DNA of 52,011 nucleotides from a virus (Duplodnaviria; Caudoviricetes): IMG/VR virus record IMGVR_UViG_3300030372_001232, positions 1 to 52,011 of that record; one strand, 5' to 3'. Shown piece by piece: positions 42,500 to 52,011 of this stretch (position 1 is its first letter; each line of letters starts with the position of its first letter). The notes under the pieces were generated by a model. It saw only the letters and a program-made list of their open reading frames with translations, ran no database searches and was not told where the DNA came from. The position numbers and the translations under genes were made by a program.

Positions 42500-44271
42500 A
42501 CTGTGAGGGCGGCTTAGATTTAGTATCGAGCACGGCTTTGTTATTTAGAACACCAGGAGTGGCACAAAGATTAAATAACTTTGAATCTTCTATACACGGT
42601 GGATACAGAAGAATAAGTGGTTTTTCAAAGTATGGTAGTTCACAAGTTAGTGGTGGTAATCAATTAGAGGGAATATTTAGATACGCAAAAGGCGTAGTAG
42701 CTTGTGCTTCTAGTAATATATTTTATAGTGCTGATGGTAATAGTTGGACACAAGTAAACAAAGATACATACCAAACAAAAACAGGAACAGTTGCGGTTAC
42801 TTCAGGTGCTGCAACAATAACAGGAAGTGGTACAGCTTTTACATCAGAGTTTGCAGTTGGTGATGACATACTAATTAACGGCGAACAATTTTTAGTATTA
42901 AGTATTGCTACTGATACTTCAATGACAGCAGATGGAAACTTTGCATCAAGTGCATCTAGTCAAGCAATAAAGAAAAACGGTGCTACTATTTCACAACTAA
43001 ATAGTGGAAGTGCAATATCAAGAGGTTCTCAAAGTCTTTGTGAGTTTACAGTATATGAAAGTAATAAACAGTTTGGTAAACTTTACATAGCAGATGGTGT
43101 AAATAAAGTTGCTGAGTTAGTAATAGAAATTACAGATGCAGGAGTACATACTTTTTCTTTTAAAGAATTAAATCGTTCATCTCCTACTGACCCATCACTA
43201 GTAACTATATTTGGTGAAAGATTAGTTGTTGCAGGACAGTCAAGTAATCCTCAACAAGTTGCATACAGCACAAGATTAACACCAGAAAATTTTACAGGAG
43301 CTTCAGCAGGAACAGTAGATGTTGGAGACCAGATAGTTGGTATAAAATCTTTTCGTAATAAACTAATTGTATTTTGTAAAAATAGTATTTATCAATTATC
43401 AAACTTAGATAGTACAGCAGTTTTATCTTCGGTAACTAAAAATATTGGTTGTGTAAGTGGTAAGACTATTCAAGAGATTGGTGGAGATTTAATATTTTTA
43501 GCTCCAGATGGATTAAGAACTATTGCAGGTACAGCTCGTATTGATGATATCGAATTAGGTTCTATTAGTAGAAAAATATTACCTGTATTTAGAGATGATA
43601 TTTTTCCAAACTTATCTACCATAACTTTTTCAAGTATGGTTATAAGAGAAAAAAGTCAGTATAGATTATTTTATTTTAAAAATGGAACAGCTGACTTACA
43701 ACAAAAAGGTATTCTTGGAACATTTAAAATATCATCACAAGGTGTTCCATTGTATGAGTGGAGTCAAACAACAGGTATTCCTGCTCGTATAACACACTCA
43801 GGTTTTGATGAAGATGATAACGAAGTTCACTATCATGCAACTACAGACGGTAGAGTTTATAACCATGATACTGGGACTAGTTTTGATGGTAGTAATATAC
43901 CATGCGAATATAAAACACCAGATTTAGATTATGGAGATTCTGGTGTTCGTAAAACTTTATATTATATTAAAACAAGTATTCGTGCAGAAGGTGCTAATGA
44001 TAATTTAAAAGTTTTATGTAGATATGATTTTGATGATAACAATGTTCCACAACCAACTGAATTATCTATTGGGTCTTTAGCAAGTCCAGCAGTATTTGGT
44101 ACAGCAGTTTTTGCATCAGCGGTTTTTGGACAAACTTTATTTCCACAACAAAAAATAAATTTAACAGGTAGTGGATTTACAAACAATTTTAGAATATCCA
44201 GTAATGGTACGGGTTCTTCATACACTGTTTCAGGATTTTATGTAGACTACATTCCAGGAGGAAGGATTTAA
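42475..44271 (+). CDS. Tail tubular protein B / nozzle
   Basis: GGLDL, GGYRRI, beta-propeller-like repeats, IGC...TIQEIGGDLIFLAPDGLR and D.G....RK. Confidence 0.8.
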   Translation: MAEQGISINCEGGLDLVSSTALLFRTPGVAQRLNNFESSIHGGYRRISGFSKYGSSQVSGGNQLEGIFRYAKGVVACASSNIFYSADGNSWTQVNKDTYQTKTGTVAVTSGAATITGSGTAFTSEFAVGDDILINGEQFLVLSIATDTSMTADGNFASSASSQAIKKNGATISQLNSGSAISRGSQSLCEFTVYESNKQFGKLYIADGVNKVAELVIEITDAGVHTFSFKELNRSSPTDPSLVTIFGERLVVAGQSSNPQQVAYSTRLTPENFTGASAGTVDVGDQIVGIKSFRNKLIVFCKNSIYQLSNLDSTAVLSSVTKNIGCVSGKTIQEIGGDLIFLAPDGLRTIAGTARIDDIELGSISRKILPVFRDDIFPNLSTITFSSMVIREKSQYRLFYFKNGTADLQQKGILGTFKISSQGVPLYEWSQTTGIPARITHSGFDEDDNEVHYHATTDGRVYNHDTGTSFDGSNIPCEYKTPDLDYGDSGVRKTLYYIKTSIRAEGANDNLKVLCRYDFDDNNVPQPTELSIGSLASPAVFGTAVFASAVFGQTLFPQQKINLTGSGFTNNFRISSNGTGSSYTVSGFYVDYIPGGRI

Positions 44272-44273
44272 AT

Positions 44274-47096
44274 ATGGCGGCATACACTAGACAAAGTTCA
44301 TTTTCAGATGGAGATACTATTAGTGCATCATTGTTTAACAATGAATATGATGCATTAGCAGCAGCATTTGTTAATACAAGCGGACACAAACATGATGGTA
44401 CAACTGGTGAAGGTCCAGTTATAGGTCTTATTGGTGATGCTAGTGTAGCAGTTCCTCTTAATAAAATTTTAATTGATTCAACTGATGACCATCTTGAATT
44501 TTATGTAGATGTTTCTTCATCTTCAGTTCAACAACTTTATATTGCTGATGGTTTAATTGCTCCTGTTACAGATAGTGATGTTGACCTAGGTACTTCCTCT
44601 TTATATTTTAAAAATGCATTTATTGATTCTATAACTACTACAGGTAATGTAGCAGTAGGTGGTAACTTAACTGTTACTGGTACAACTACATTTAACGGTG
44701 GCACACTAACTCTTGGTGATGCTGATACTGATAACATTGTATTTGGTGGTGAAGTAGATTCTAATATTATTCCAGATGATGATGGCACTCACGATTTAGG
44801 TAGTTCTACAAAAGAGTGGAAAGATATTTACATTGATGGAGTTGCATATTTAGATGAAATTAATTTTAATGGAACAGCTATTACATCTACAGCTGCAGAA
44901 CTTAATATACTTGATGGTGTAACAGCTACAGCTTCAGAATTAAATTATAGTGATACAGGAGCTGCGGTTGGAACAGTAGTTGCTAGTAAAGTTGTAACAG
45001 TTGATTCTAATAAAGATGCTTCATCTTTTAGAAATGTAACTTTAACTGGAGAACTTTCTGCAGCAACTTTAGATATTTCTAGTGATGTTGATATAGATGG
45101 AACTTCTAATTTAGATGATACAGATATTGATGGAACATTAGTAGTAGACGGTTCAAACATTTCATTAGACAGTACTTCAACTTTAAATATAGATAACTCT
45201 AACACATCTAATGGTATTACTATTGGTACAGCAACTTCAGGCGTACCTATTTCTATTGGACACTCAACTTCTGAAACAACAGTAAATGATAACTTAACTG
45301 TAACAGGAAACTTAACTGTAAGCGGAACAACAACAACTGTTTCTTCTACAACTGTTGAAGTAGCAGATGCAATGTTGAAACTTGCAAAAGACCAAGGTAC
45401 TAGTGCAGACGCTGTAGACTTTGGATTCTATGGTCAGTACGGTGTAGGTGGCACTGCTAAGTTTGCAGGTATATTTAGAGACCAAAGTGTTTCAGGAGAC
45501 CCTTTCACATTCTTTGATGATTTACAAGCAGAGCCAGGCACTACTGTTAACACTGGTGGAACTGGTTATGACTTAGCTGATATTGCAGCAGGTGGAGCTA
45601 CATTTGCAGATGATGTTGTAATTACTGGAGACCTTACAGTAACTGGTGATGATATTACTATGGGTACAAATACTGCTGGTCATGTTATGGTTGCAGACGG
45701 TACTAACTTTAATCCAGTAGCAATATCTGGTGATGTTACAATAGCATCTTCAGGTGCTGTAACAATTGCAAACGGTGCAGTAGAAACTGCAATGATTAAT
45801 GCAAATGTTATTACAGGACAAACTTCAGAAACATCTCTTGATACATCTGCTGATACAATACTTATACATGACGATTCTGCTAGTGCATTAAGAAAGACTA
45901 CATTAGCTTCTATATCTTCTGCTCTTGGTGGTATTACAGATGTCGTTGCTGATACAACTCCACAACTTGGTGGTAATTTAGATGTAAATGGTAATGATAT
46001 TGTCACTACATCTAATGCAAATTTAGAATTAGCTCCAAATGGAACAGGAAAAGTAGTTGTAAAAGGTAACACTAATCAAGGAGCTATACAACTTAACTGT
46101 GAGGCTAACTCACACGGTCAGACTATAATAGCTGCTCCTCATTCAGAGTCTGCTTCAAATACATTAACTCTGCCTAGCACAGGTGGTGACGCTAGATTAG
46201 TCTCAGCAACTTCAACTGCTACACTAACAAACAAAACTCTAACAACTCCTACAATCAACGGGGCAACTATTGGCTCTGATAATTTAGTTACTAATAGTAA
46301 TGGTGACATAAATTTTGCACCAAATGGCACTGGTAAGATTGTTGTAAGAGGTAATACAAACCAAGGTAAAATTGTATTAAACTGTGAGAGTAACAGTCAC
46401 GGACAAACAATTATAGCTGCACCGCACTCTGAGTCTGCTAACAATGTTCTTACATTACCAAGCACTGGTGGAGATGCTAGATTAGTATCAACAGCATCAA
46501 CAGCTACACTTACAAACAAATCAATAGATTCTGATAACAACACTATTACAAACATTGTAAACGCAGATATAAAAGCTAGTGCAGGAATTGTTGATACAAA
46601 ATTAGCTACTATATCTACAGCAGGTAAAGTTGACATAGGTGCATTAGAGATTGATGGTGCAACTGAGATGGGTGCAGCTCTTGTTGATGCTGACCTATTG
46701 ATTGTAGATGATGGAGCTAATGGTACAGAAAAATCTATGTTGGCATCTAGAATACCAACTTATGTATTTAGTAAAGTATCTGGTGATGTTACAATTGCTT
46801 CAAATGGAGCTGCTTCTATAGGCAGCGGTGTAATTGTAAATGCAGATATAAATGCTAGTGCTGCTATTGCAGATAGTAAATTAGATACAATATCTACAGC
46901 AGACAAAGTTTCAGCAGCAGCTATCCAAGTAGATGGAGCTACAGATGGAACAGGAATTACTATAGCTGATTCAGACAAATTAATAGTAGATGATGCAGGA
47001 GCTACTAAATATGTAGAAGCATCTCAGCTAAAAACATACGCATCTGGAGATTCTGCATCTGCAGGATTTGCAGTAGCAATGGCAATCGCATTGTAA
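44274..47096 (+). CDS. Tail fibre protein
   Basis: T7-like N-terminus (YTRQSSF.DGD.I.A..FN.EY..L..AF...GH.HDG), beta-rich T/G/D repeats, internal duplications and C-terminal AMAIAL. Confidence 0.85.
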   Translation: MAAYTRQSSFSDGDTISASLFNNEYDALAAAFVNTSGHKHDGTTGEGPVIGLIGDASVAVPLNKILIDSTDDHLEFYVDVSSSSVQQLYIADGLIAPVTDSDVDLGTSSLYFKNAFIDSITTTGNVAVGGNLTVTGTTTFNGGTLTLGDADTDNIVFGGEVDSNIIPDDDGTHDLGSSTKEWKDIYIDGVAYLDEINFNGTAITSTAAELNILDGVTATASELNYSDTGAAVGTVVASKVVTVDSNKDASSFRNVTLTGELSAATLDISSDVDIDGTSNLDDTDIDGTLVVDGSNISLDSTSTLNIDNSNTSNGITIGTATSGVPISIGHSTSETTVNDNLTVTGNLTVSGTTTTVSSTTVEVADAMLKLAKDQGTSADAVDFGFYGQYGVGGTAKFAGIFRDQSVSGDPFTFFDDLQAEPGTTVNTGGTGYDLADIAAGGATFADDVVITGDLTVTGDDITMGTNTAGHVMVADGTNFNPVAISGDVTIASSGAVTIANGAVETAMINANVITGQTSETSLDTSADTILIHDDSASALRKTTLASISSALGGITDVVADTTPQLGGNLDVNGNDIVTTSNANLELAPNGTGKVVVKGNTNQGAIQLNCEANSHGQTIIAAPHSESASNTLTLPSTGGDARLVSATSTATLTNKTLTTPTINGATIGSDNLVTNSNGDINFAPNGTGKIVVRGNTNQGKIVLNCESNSHGQTIIAAPHSESANNVLTLPSTGGDARLVSTASTATLTNKSIDSDNNTITNIVNADIKASAGIVDTKLATISTAGKVDIGALEIDGATEMGAALVDADLLIVDDGANGTEKSMLASRIPTYVFSKVSGDVTIASNGAASIGSGVIVNADINASAAIADSKLDTISTADKVSAAAIQVDGATDGTGITIADSDKLIVDDAGATKYVEASQLKTYASGDSASAGFAVAMAIAL

Positions 47097-47103
47097 AAAA
47101 AGG

Positions 47104-47132
47104 TTGACAAATATTAATAAATATGGTATAAT
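47104..47132 (+). promoter_or_regulatory. Consensus sigma70 promoter for distal tail-fibre genes
   Basis: TTGACA-17-TATAAT with TGn. Confidence 0.9.
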
Positions 47133-47155
47133 ATAATAACTAAGGAGTAAACACA

Positions 47156-47485
47156 ATGGCACAGGATTTTGAAAGAGTTTTAAAGCAAAACATTGGTACA
47201 TCTGCTACTGAAGTAAGAGCAGCAGCTAATAGTGATGATGCTATTATTGGTATGCGTTTTGCTAATAAAACAGGTTCAGCTGTAACTGTTGATGCTACTG
47301 TTAAAAACTCATCAACTAGCTACTATCTAATTAAAGATGCCCCTATACCAGCAGGTGGTTCTTTAGAACTAATTGATGGTGGTTCAAAAGTAGTATTACA
47401 GTCAGGAGATTCAGTAGAAGCTCTTTGTGATACAGCTAGTGCAGTTGATGTAATTTTATCAGTTGTTGATTCAATTAGTACATAA
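47156..47485 (+). CDS. Tail-fibre adaptor-like virion protein
   Basis: MAQDF...LIKDAPIPAGGSLEL..GSKVVLQSGD pattern, following the AIAL-ending fibre. Confidence 0.65.
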   Translation: MAQDFERVLKQNIGTSATEVRAAANSDDAIIGMRFANKTGSAVTVDATVKNSSTSYYLIKDAPIPAGGSLELIDGGSKVVLQSGDSVEALCDTASAVDVILSVVDSIST

Positions 47486-47502
47486 TTTAAGGAGATAATA
47501 TA

Positions 47503-48627
47503 ATGGTTCAAAGAGTACCTCAAAGCGGTATATCAGGAATTAGTTCTTTTAAAAACATGATAACAAATGGTGATATGCAAATATCACAAAGAGGAACATC
47601 TTTTGCATCTATGGGAAATGGTGATACACAATATACTTTAGATAGGTTTGGTTGGTATGAAGAAGGAGACCATGGAGCTGCTGAAATTACTATAACACAA
47701 GATACTGATGTTCCAACAGGACAAGGGTTTTCAAAATCTTTAAAAGCAGTTTGTGCAACTGTAGATACATCAATTGATGCAGGAACAATAGCTTATGTAA
47801 GTCAAAAATTTGAAGGTCAATTTTTACAACATTTAGCCAAAGGCACATCAAGTGCTAAAAGCACTACTTTATCTTTTTGGTGTAAATCTAATTTAACTGG
47901 TACATTTACAATATCTGTTCATGACCAAGATAATACAAGAATGTTTAGTACAAGCTATTCACCTGCAAGTGCAAATACTTGGGAGAAGTTTATTATAAAT
48001 ATTCCAGCAGATACAACTGGTGCTTTAGATAATGACAATGCTTCAAGTTATAGAATTAATTGGAATTTACAAGCAGGCACTAACAAATCAAATGGAGCAT
48101 TAGCATCAGCTTGGGAAGCACAAGCAGAGGGAGATAGAGCAGTTGGTCAAACTAATTTTTATTCAAGCACTGACAACAACTGGTACATAACAGGAGTACA
48201 GTGGGAAGTAGGAGATGCAGCCACAGACTTTGAACATTTACCACATGATGTTCAATTAACTAGATGCTGCAGATATTATTGGAAACCTGTTCAAGGAAAT
48301 GCCAGCACAAGTGAATATGTAGGATTGGGAGATTTTTACTCATCAACTCAGGTTGATACAGATTTTAGGCACATTACACCAATGAGAACACAACCAACTT
48401 TAGACCAAGGAACAGGCACAGATTATTTTATATATTATTATGGTCAAACGGCTAGTGGAACAGTAGATGGGTCTTGGACTTATTGGATTGGTAATGAACA
48501 CATTAGTTCGATATATGCAGCAGCGAGTGATGCGGTAGGTACAAGTAATGCTGGAAAAGCTTGTAGAATAATAGCTACAACCACTGGTGGAACAAGTGTT
48601 TACCTTGCACTTAATGCAGAATTATAG
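47503..48627 (+). CDS. Tail-fibre/receptor-binding module protein A (carbohydrate-binding-like)
   Basis: KNMITNGDMQISQRGT...DRF...TLSFW...ITGVQWEVG..ATDFEH...C.RYY. Paralogue of 50301-51374. Confidence 0.65.
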   Translation: MVQRVPQSGISGISSFKNMITNGDMQISQRGTSFASMGNGDTQYTLDRFGWYEEGDHGAAEITITQDTDVPTGQGFSKSLKAVCATVDTSIDAGTIAYVSQKFEGQFLQHLAKGTSSAKSTTLSFWCKSNLTGTFTISVHDQDNTRMFSTSYSPASANTWEKFIINIPADTTGALDNDNASSYRINWNLQAGTNKSNGALASAWEAQAEGDRAVGQTNFYSSTDNNWYITGVQWEVGDAATDFEHLPHDVQLTRCCRYYWKPVQGNASTSEYVGLGDFYSSTQVDTDFRHITPMRTQPTLDQGTGTDYFIYYYGQTASGTVDGSWTYWIGNEHISSIYAAASDAVGTSNAGKACRIIATTTGGTSVYLALNAEL

Positions 48628-48635
48628 GAGAAAAT

Positions 48636-48833
48636 ATGTTTGAAGGATGCACAATAAAAAAACAAAAAGACCCTCACACAGGAAATGTGGGTGTCATTAA
48701 CGTAACTTACCCAGCAAATGGAGATGGAATGGTCAGGGTTTTATCTGTTCCAATGAATCCTGATAATTCAGATTATCAAGATATTCTCGAGTGGGAAAAA
48801 ATAGAAGGTAATACAATAGAGGAGGCTGATTAA
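48636..48833 (+). CDS. Small tail-fibre assembly/chaperone-like protein
   Basis: VP....NSDYQ.ILEW....NTIEEAD. Paralogue of 51377-51562. Confidence 0.65.
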   Translation: MFEGCTIKKQKDPHTGNVGVINVTYPANGDGMVRVLSVPMNPDNSDYQDILEWEKIEGNTIEEAD

Positions 48834-50299
48834 TGAGTTATATAGGACAGGGATTACCAGCTGATGTTTTTGCAGGTTTTACTATTGACAAGTTTACTGG
48901 AACTGGTGTAGCTAGTCAAGCATTAACACTATCTAAAGCACCTCTCGGTGAAACAGCTTTATTAGTAACTATTGATGGAGTTGTACAAGAACCAACTGAT
49001 GACTTTACAGTATCAGGCACAACACTAACTTTAGTTGGAACAGCTGCAAATAATTCTGAGATAAATGTTACACATCTATCAGGAACAGTGCCAAGCACGC
49101 TTGCATCAAAAGTAGATGTCAATGGAGTATCTGATGCAATCATTCTCGATGCAGATGGCGATACAACAATAAGTGCTGACACCGATGACCAGGTGGATAT
49201 TAAAATTGGTGGCACGGATAGATTTAGTATTGCATCCACGGGTGCAACAACGATTACTGTTGGTGGTAATGAAGACACACTAACACTGGTGTCAACAGAT
49301 ACAGATGCAAACTATGGTCCAAACATAGAAATGTCACGACCTGTAACAGGAACAACAAATGATTTACTTGGTCGTATAGATTTTTCTGGTCAAGATGCAG
49401 CAGGTAACACTCACAATTATATGTCATTAGAGGGTATAATTGCTAATGCTACAAGTGGTAGTGAAGCAGGTAGAATTTTGTTCAGACAAGAAATAGGTGG
49501 TGCTGCAAAAAATGTTTTGGATTTTAATGCTAGTGAAATAGTATTCAACGAAGATTCAATGGATTTAGACTTCCGAGTAGAATCTAATGGTCACACAGGA
49601 GCTTTATTTGTAAGTGGAGAACACGACCATCATGTAGCTATTGGAGCGACCTCAATTACTGCACCTAACACTGGTGAATCTTTACAAGTAGGTCACGCTG
49701 GTTTTATGTCTTTAGATGCAAATGATGCTGCTTATAATACTGTTAATCTTTATTACAGTGATGATTGGAGATTTCAAACTACAAATAGATATGTTTCTTT
49801 AATAGTGCAACACTCAGTTTTACCTAATGCTTTTGAAATATGGACTGGTGATGCTGGCGGCACACCATCTGTTGGAGATACAATTAGCATAAATCAAAGA
49901 TTTAAAATGACAACCGCTGGTGCTATGACAGCAACAAATCCAACCATAGGCACTATCAGCTCTGATGAAAGATTAAAAGAGAACATACAAGATTACACTT
50001 ATGATGTGAATAAATTTAAACAATTTAAACCTAGAACTTTTGATTGGAAACACCCAGAAGCTCACGCAGATGAAGATAAAATTGGTTTTGTTGCTCAAGA
50101 AATAGAAAGTGTAGATAGTGATTGGGCTTATGAAAATGATTGGTCAGATGATGCACACAAAGGCCCTAAACAAGATGAAGAAAAAGCACTATGTAATAAT
50201 GAACCTAGAAAAGCAGCAAAACTTACTAAGAAAGATTCTATGTATATTTCAGTCATACAACAATTAATTACAAGAATAGAAGCATTGGAGGACGCATAA
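48833..50299 (+). CDS. Tail fibre with a C-terminal intramolecular chaperone (peptidase S74-like)
   Basis: MSYIG N-terminus and SSDERLKENI...F.WK...GFVAQE...QQLITRIEALE. Confidence 0.8.
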   Translation: MSYIGQGLPADVFAGFTIDKFTGTGVASQALTLSKAPLGETALLVTIDGVVQEPTDDFTVSGTTLTLVGTAANNSEINVTHLSGTVPSTLASKVDVNGVSDAIILDADGDTTISADTDDQVDIKIGGTDRFSIASTGATTITVGGNEDTLTLVSTDTDANYGPNIEMSRPVTGTTNDLLGRIDFSGQDAAGNTHNYMSLEGIIANATSGSEAGRILFRQEIGGAAKNVLDFNASEIVFNEDSMDLDFRVESNGHTGALFVSGEHDHHVAIGATSITAPNTGESLQVGHAGFMSLDANDAAYNTVNLYYSDDWRFQTTNRYVSLIVQHSVLPNAFEIWTGDAGGTPSVGDTISINQRFKMTTAGAMTATNPTIGTISSDERLKENIQDYTYDVNKFKQFKPRTFDWKHPEAHADEDKIGFVAQEIESVDSDWAYENDWSDDAHKGPKQDEEKALCNNEPRKAAKLTKKDSMYISVIQQLITRIEALEDA

Positions 50300-50300
50300 G

Positions 50301-51374
50301 ATGAGCCAGACAAAAGTAGAGCAACATTTAATAGAAAATAATTCAAGCACTAGAAGAAATATAATACACAATGGTGCGATGGCAGTTGCACAAAAAGGAA
50401 CTACAGGCAACTTTACAACAGACACTGATATGCCTACTGATAGATGGAATGTTAATATAAATGGTGCTGGAACTCACGATGCATCTTTATCAACAGATGT
50501 TCCAACTGGAGAAGGTTTTGCTAATTCTTTAAGAATACAATGCACCTCTGCACATGGAGGTATTGGAAGTACTGGTTATATTAGACTTCAACAAAAAATA
50601 GAAGAACAGTACACTGTGCCTACAGCTTACGGCACATCAGGTGCTAAAGATATGGTTATGTCTTTTTGGATTAAATTTGTTAATGCTAGTGGAGATTTTT
50701 GTGTTGATATTTTAAATTTAGGAAACTCAAATAATAGAGTTATATCTAAAAAATTTACTTATGCATCAGGTTCTGGTTGGCAACAATACTCTTTTGTTAT
50801 ACCTGGAGATACAGGCGGTAATAGTTTTAGAAACGCACAAGTTGGAACAGGGTTATATTGGCAAATATTTTTAGGAGCAGGTACTGATTTAACTTCAGGT
50901 ACACTGCAAACAACTTGGGCAGATAGAGTAAACGCTAATAGAGCAGCTGGTCAAACTTTACAGTTTGGTACTAGCACAAGTGATAATATATATCTAACAG
51001 GATGTCAGTTAACAATTGGCGATACTTTAATGGATTTTCAACATTTACCTATAGATGAAGAAGAAAGAATATGTTTTAGATATTATTATGATAGTCAATA
51101 TGCAGACCAGGCAATCAGTGGCACAGATTATTTAATTTGGGCAGGTGATATAACTTCTGGTAATACATATTATCACTCAAGACTTTTACCAGTAGCTATG
51201 AGAGGTGCACCAGCAATTACTGTAACACAACAAGGTGAGTCAGGTTTTCAAGGCAGTGTAGGAGTAGATACTGGTTGGAGTGATAGGCATAAAACAGCAT
51301 TTACAGCGGTTAGTGATACGACAGTTGCAAGAGGTTATTATGGTTATAAATATATTGCAGATTCGGAGTTATAA
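50301..51374 (+). CDS. Tail-fibre module protein A, second paralogue
   Basis: RNIIHNGAM.VAQKGT...DRW...SFW...LTGCQL.IG...DFQH...CFRYY...DSEL. Confidence 0.65.
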   Translation: MSQTKVEQHLIENNSSTRRNIIHNGAMAVAQKGTTGNFTTDTDMPTDRWNVNINGAGTHDASLSTDVPTGEGFANSLRIQCTSAHGGIGSTGYIRLQQKIEEQYTVPTAYGTSGAKDMVMSFWIKFVNASGDFCVDILNLGNSNNRVISKKFTYASGSGWQQYSFVIPGDTGGNSFRNAQVGTGLYWQIFLGAGTDLTSGTLQTTWADRVNANRAAGQTLQFGTSTSDNIYLTGCQLTIGDTLMDFQHLPIDEEERICFRYYYDSQYADQAISGTDYLIWAGDITSGNTYYHSRLLPVAMRGAPAITVTQQGESGFQGSVGVDTGWSDRHKTAFTAVSDTTVARGYYGYKYIADSEL

Positions 51375-51376
51375 TT

Positions 51377-51562
51377 ATGATTAAAGAAAAAATAAAATCT
51401 GTTAAAAAAGCAAAAGGATTTTTAGATGATAGGTTCAATGGCTATAAGATAACTTTACAAGATGATTCTGTATGGCATGCACCTTTAGTAGAGGGTAACA
51501 GACACTATGATGCTGTCATTGAATGGGAAAAAGATGGTAACACAATAGAGGAGGCCGATTAA
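51377..51562 (+). CDS. Small tail-fibre assembly/chaperone-like protein, second paralogue
   Basis: P...GNRHYDAVIEWEKDGNTIEEAD. Confidence 0.65.
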   Translation: MIKEKIKSVKKAKGFLDDRFNGYKITLQDDSVWHAPLVEGNRHYDAVIEWEKDGNTIEEAD

Positions 51563-52011
51563 TGGCATACATAGGAAGACAAAATTTAGGTGGAGCATAC
51601 AGACAGCTTGATGATATCTCATCAGGTTTTGATGGTTCTGATACTACACACACCATGCAAGTCAACTCACAGAATGTAACTGTGGGTGACGTTAATCAAA
51701 TCATCCTATCTCTTGGTGGTGTCATACAAAAACCAGGCACAGACTTTACTGTATCTGGTAGCGTATTGACATTCACAACAGCTCCTGCTGCTAATACAAG
51801 TTTCTTTGCAGTGCTACTAGGTTCAGATAATGGCGGAACGGTGACACCGACTGACGTATCTGTAACAAAAGCAAAACTTGCAGATGAAGTAGATATCTTT
51901 GCAGGTACATCATTAAGTGCTGCTGATTTAGGTTCTGGTATACATATTAAAACTGCAGATAGTGGTGGCTCTGCAAACGTAAGTCATGATGAAATTGTCA
52001 TAGAGGGTTCT
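51562..52011 (+). CDS. Tail fibre protein, 3'-truncated
   Basis: MAYIGRQ...LDDISSGFDG...GGVIQKPGTDFTVSGSVLTFTTAP. The frame is open to the window end. Paralogous to 48833-50299. Confidence 0.75.
   Translation, partial: MAYIGRQNLGGAYRQLDDISSGFDGSDTTHTMQVNSQNVTVGDVNQIILSLGGVIQKPGTDFTVSGSVLTFTTAPAANTSFFAVLLGSDNGGTVTPTDVSVTKAKLADEVDIFAGTSLSAADLGSGIHIKTADSGGSANVSHDEIVIEGS

Noticed and set aside
32389-50346. Minus-strand ORFs inside structural genes, including the repeat ORF 37190-37450
   Set aside because: Antisense shadows. The hydrophobic repeat at 37190 mirrors the Lys/Met/Gly repeat on the plus strand.
47503-52011. Diversity-generating retroelement or invertase shufflon acting on tail fibres
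   Set aside because: No reverse transcriptase or invertase is present, and I saw no template/variable repeat pair with adenine-specific differences and no inverted cassettes.
1-52011. tRNA or rRNA genes, introns, inteins, stop-codon reassignment
   Set aside because: No cloverleaf or T-loop consensus was noticed by eye. Polymerase, helicase, RNR and terminase are uninterrupted and of normal length, and genes pack tightly under the standard code. A tRNAscan run would be needed to be certain.

Overview
The window is an AT-rich tailed-phage sequence (roughly one-third GC, judged by eye). It looks like a near-complete, circularly permuted genome of a marine podovirus, opened inside its variable tail-fibre region: both ends are truncated tail-fibre-module genes. 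No RNA polymerase or integrase is recognisable. The minus-strand arm (about 16.0-31.1 kb) carries small early genes, an amidoligase, a class II glutamine amidotransferase, a T7-like replisome (SSB, primase-helicase, family A DNA polymerase, exonuclease, endonuclease I), a class II (B12) ribonucleotide reductase and a gamma-glutamylcyclotransferase. The plus-strand arm (31.85 kb to the end, continuing at 1-16.0 kb) carries TerS/TerL, portal, scaffold, major capsid, tail tubular proteins, tail-fibre cassettes, internal virion (ejection) proteins, Hsp20 and a holin-like gene. Eight near-perfect sigma70 promoters are visible. The most unusual observations are: (1) an orphan RTX-toxin-activating (HlyC-type) lysine acyltransferase embedded between ejection-protein genes, next to a protein with a cecropin-like Lys-rich N-terminus; (2) a recurring [FYM]xxGG peptide tag at termini and domain junctions of many late proteins, with a tandem-tag polypeptide and a candidate partner domain; (3) a methyltransferase domain fused to the largest ejection protein, with apparent genome-wide GATC avoidance; (4) several cis-elements, including a ROSE-like thermometer, tandem CUAC-loop hairpins, Pho-box-like repeats and 37-bp early-gene junction repeats. 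All family calls come from motif recognition by eye; no database search was run.
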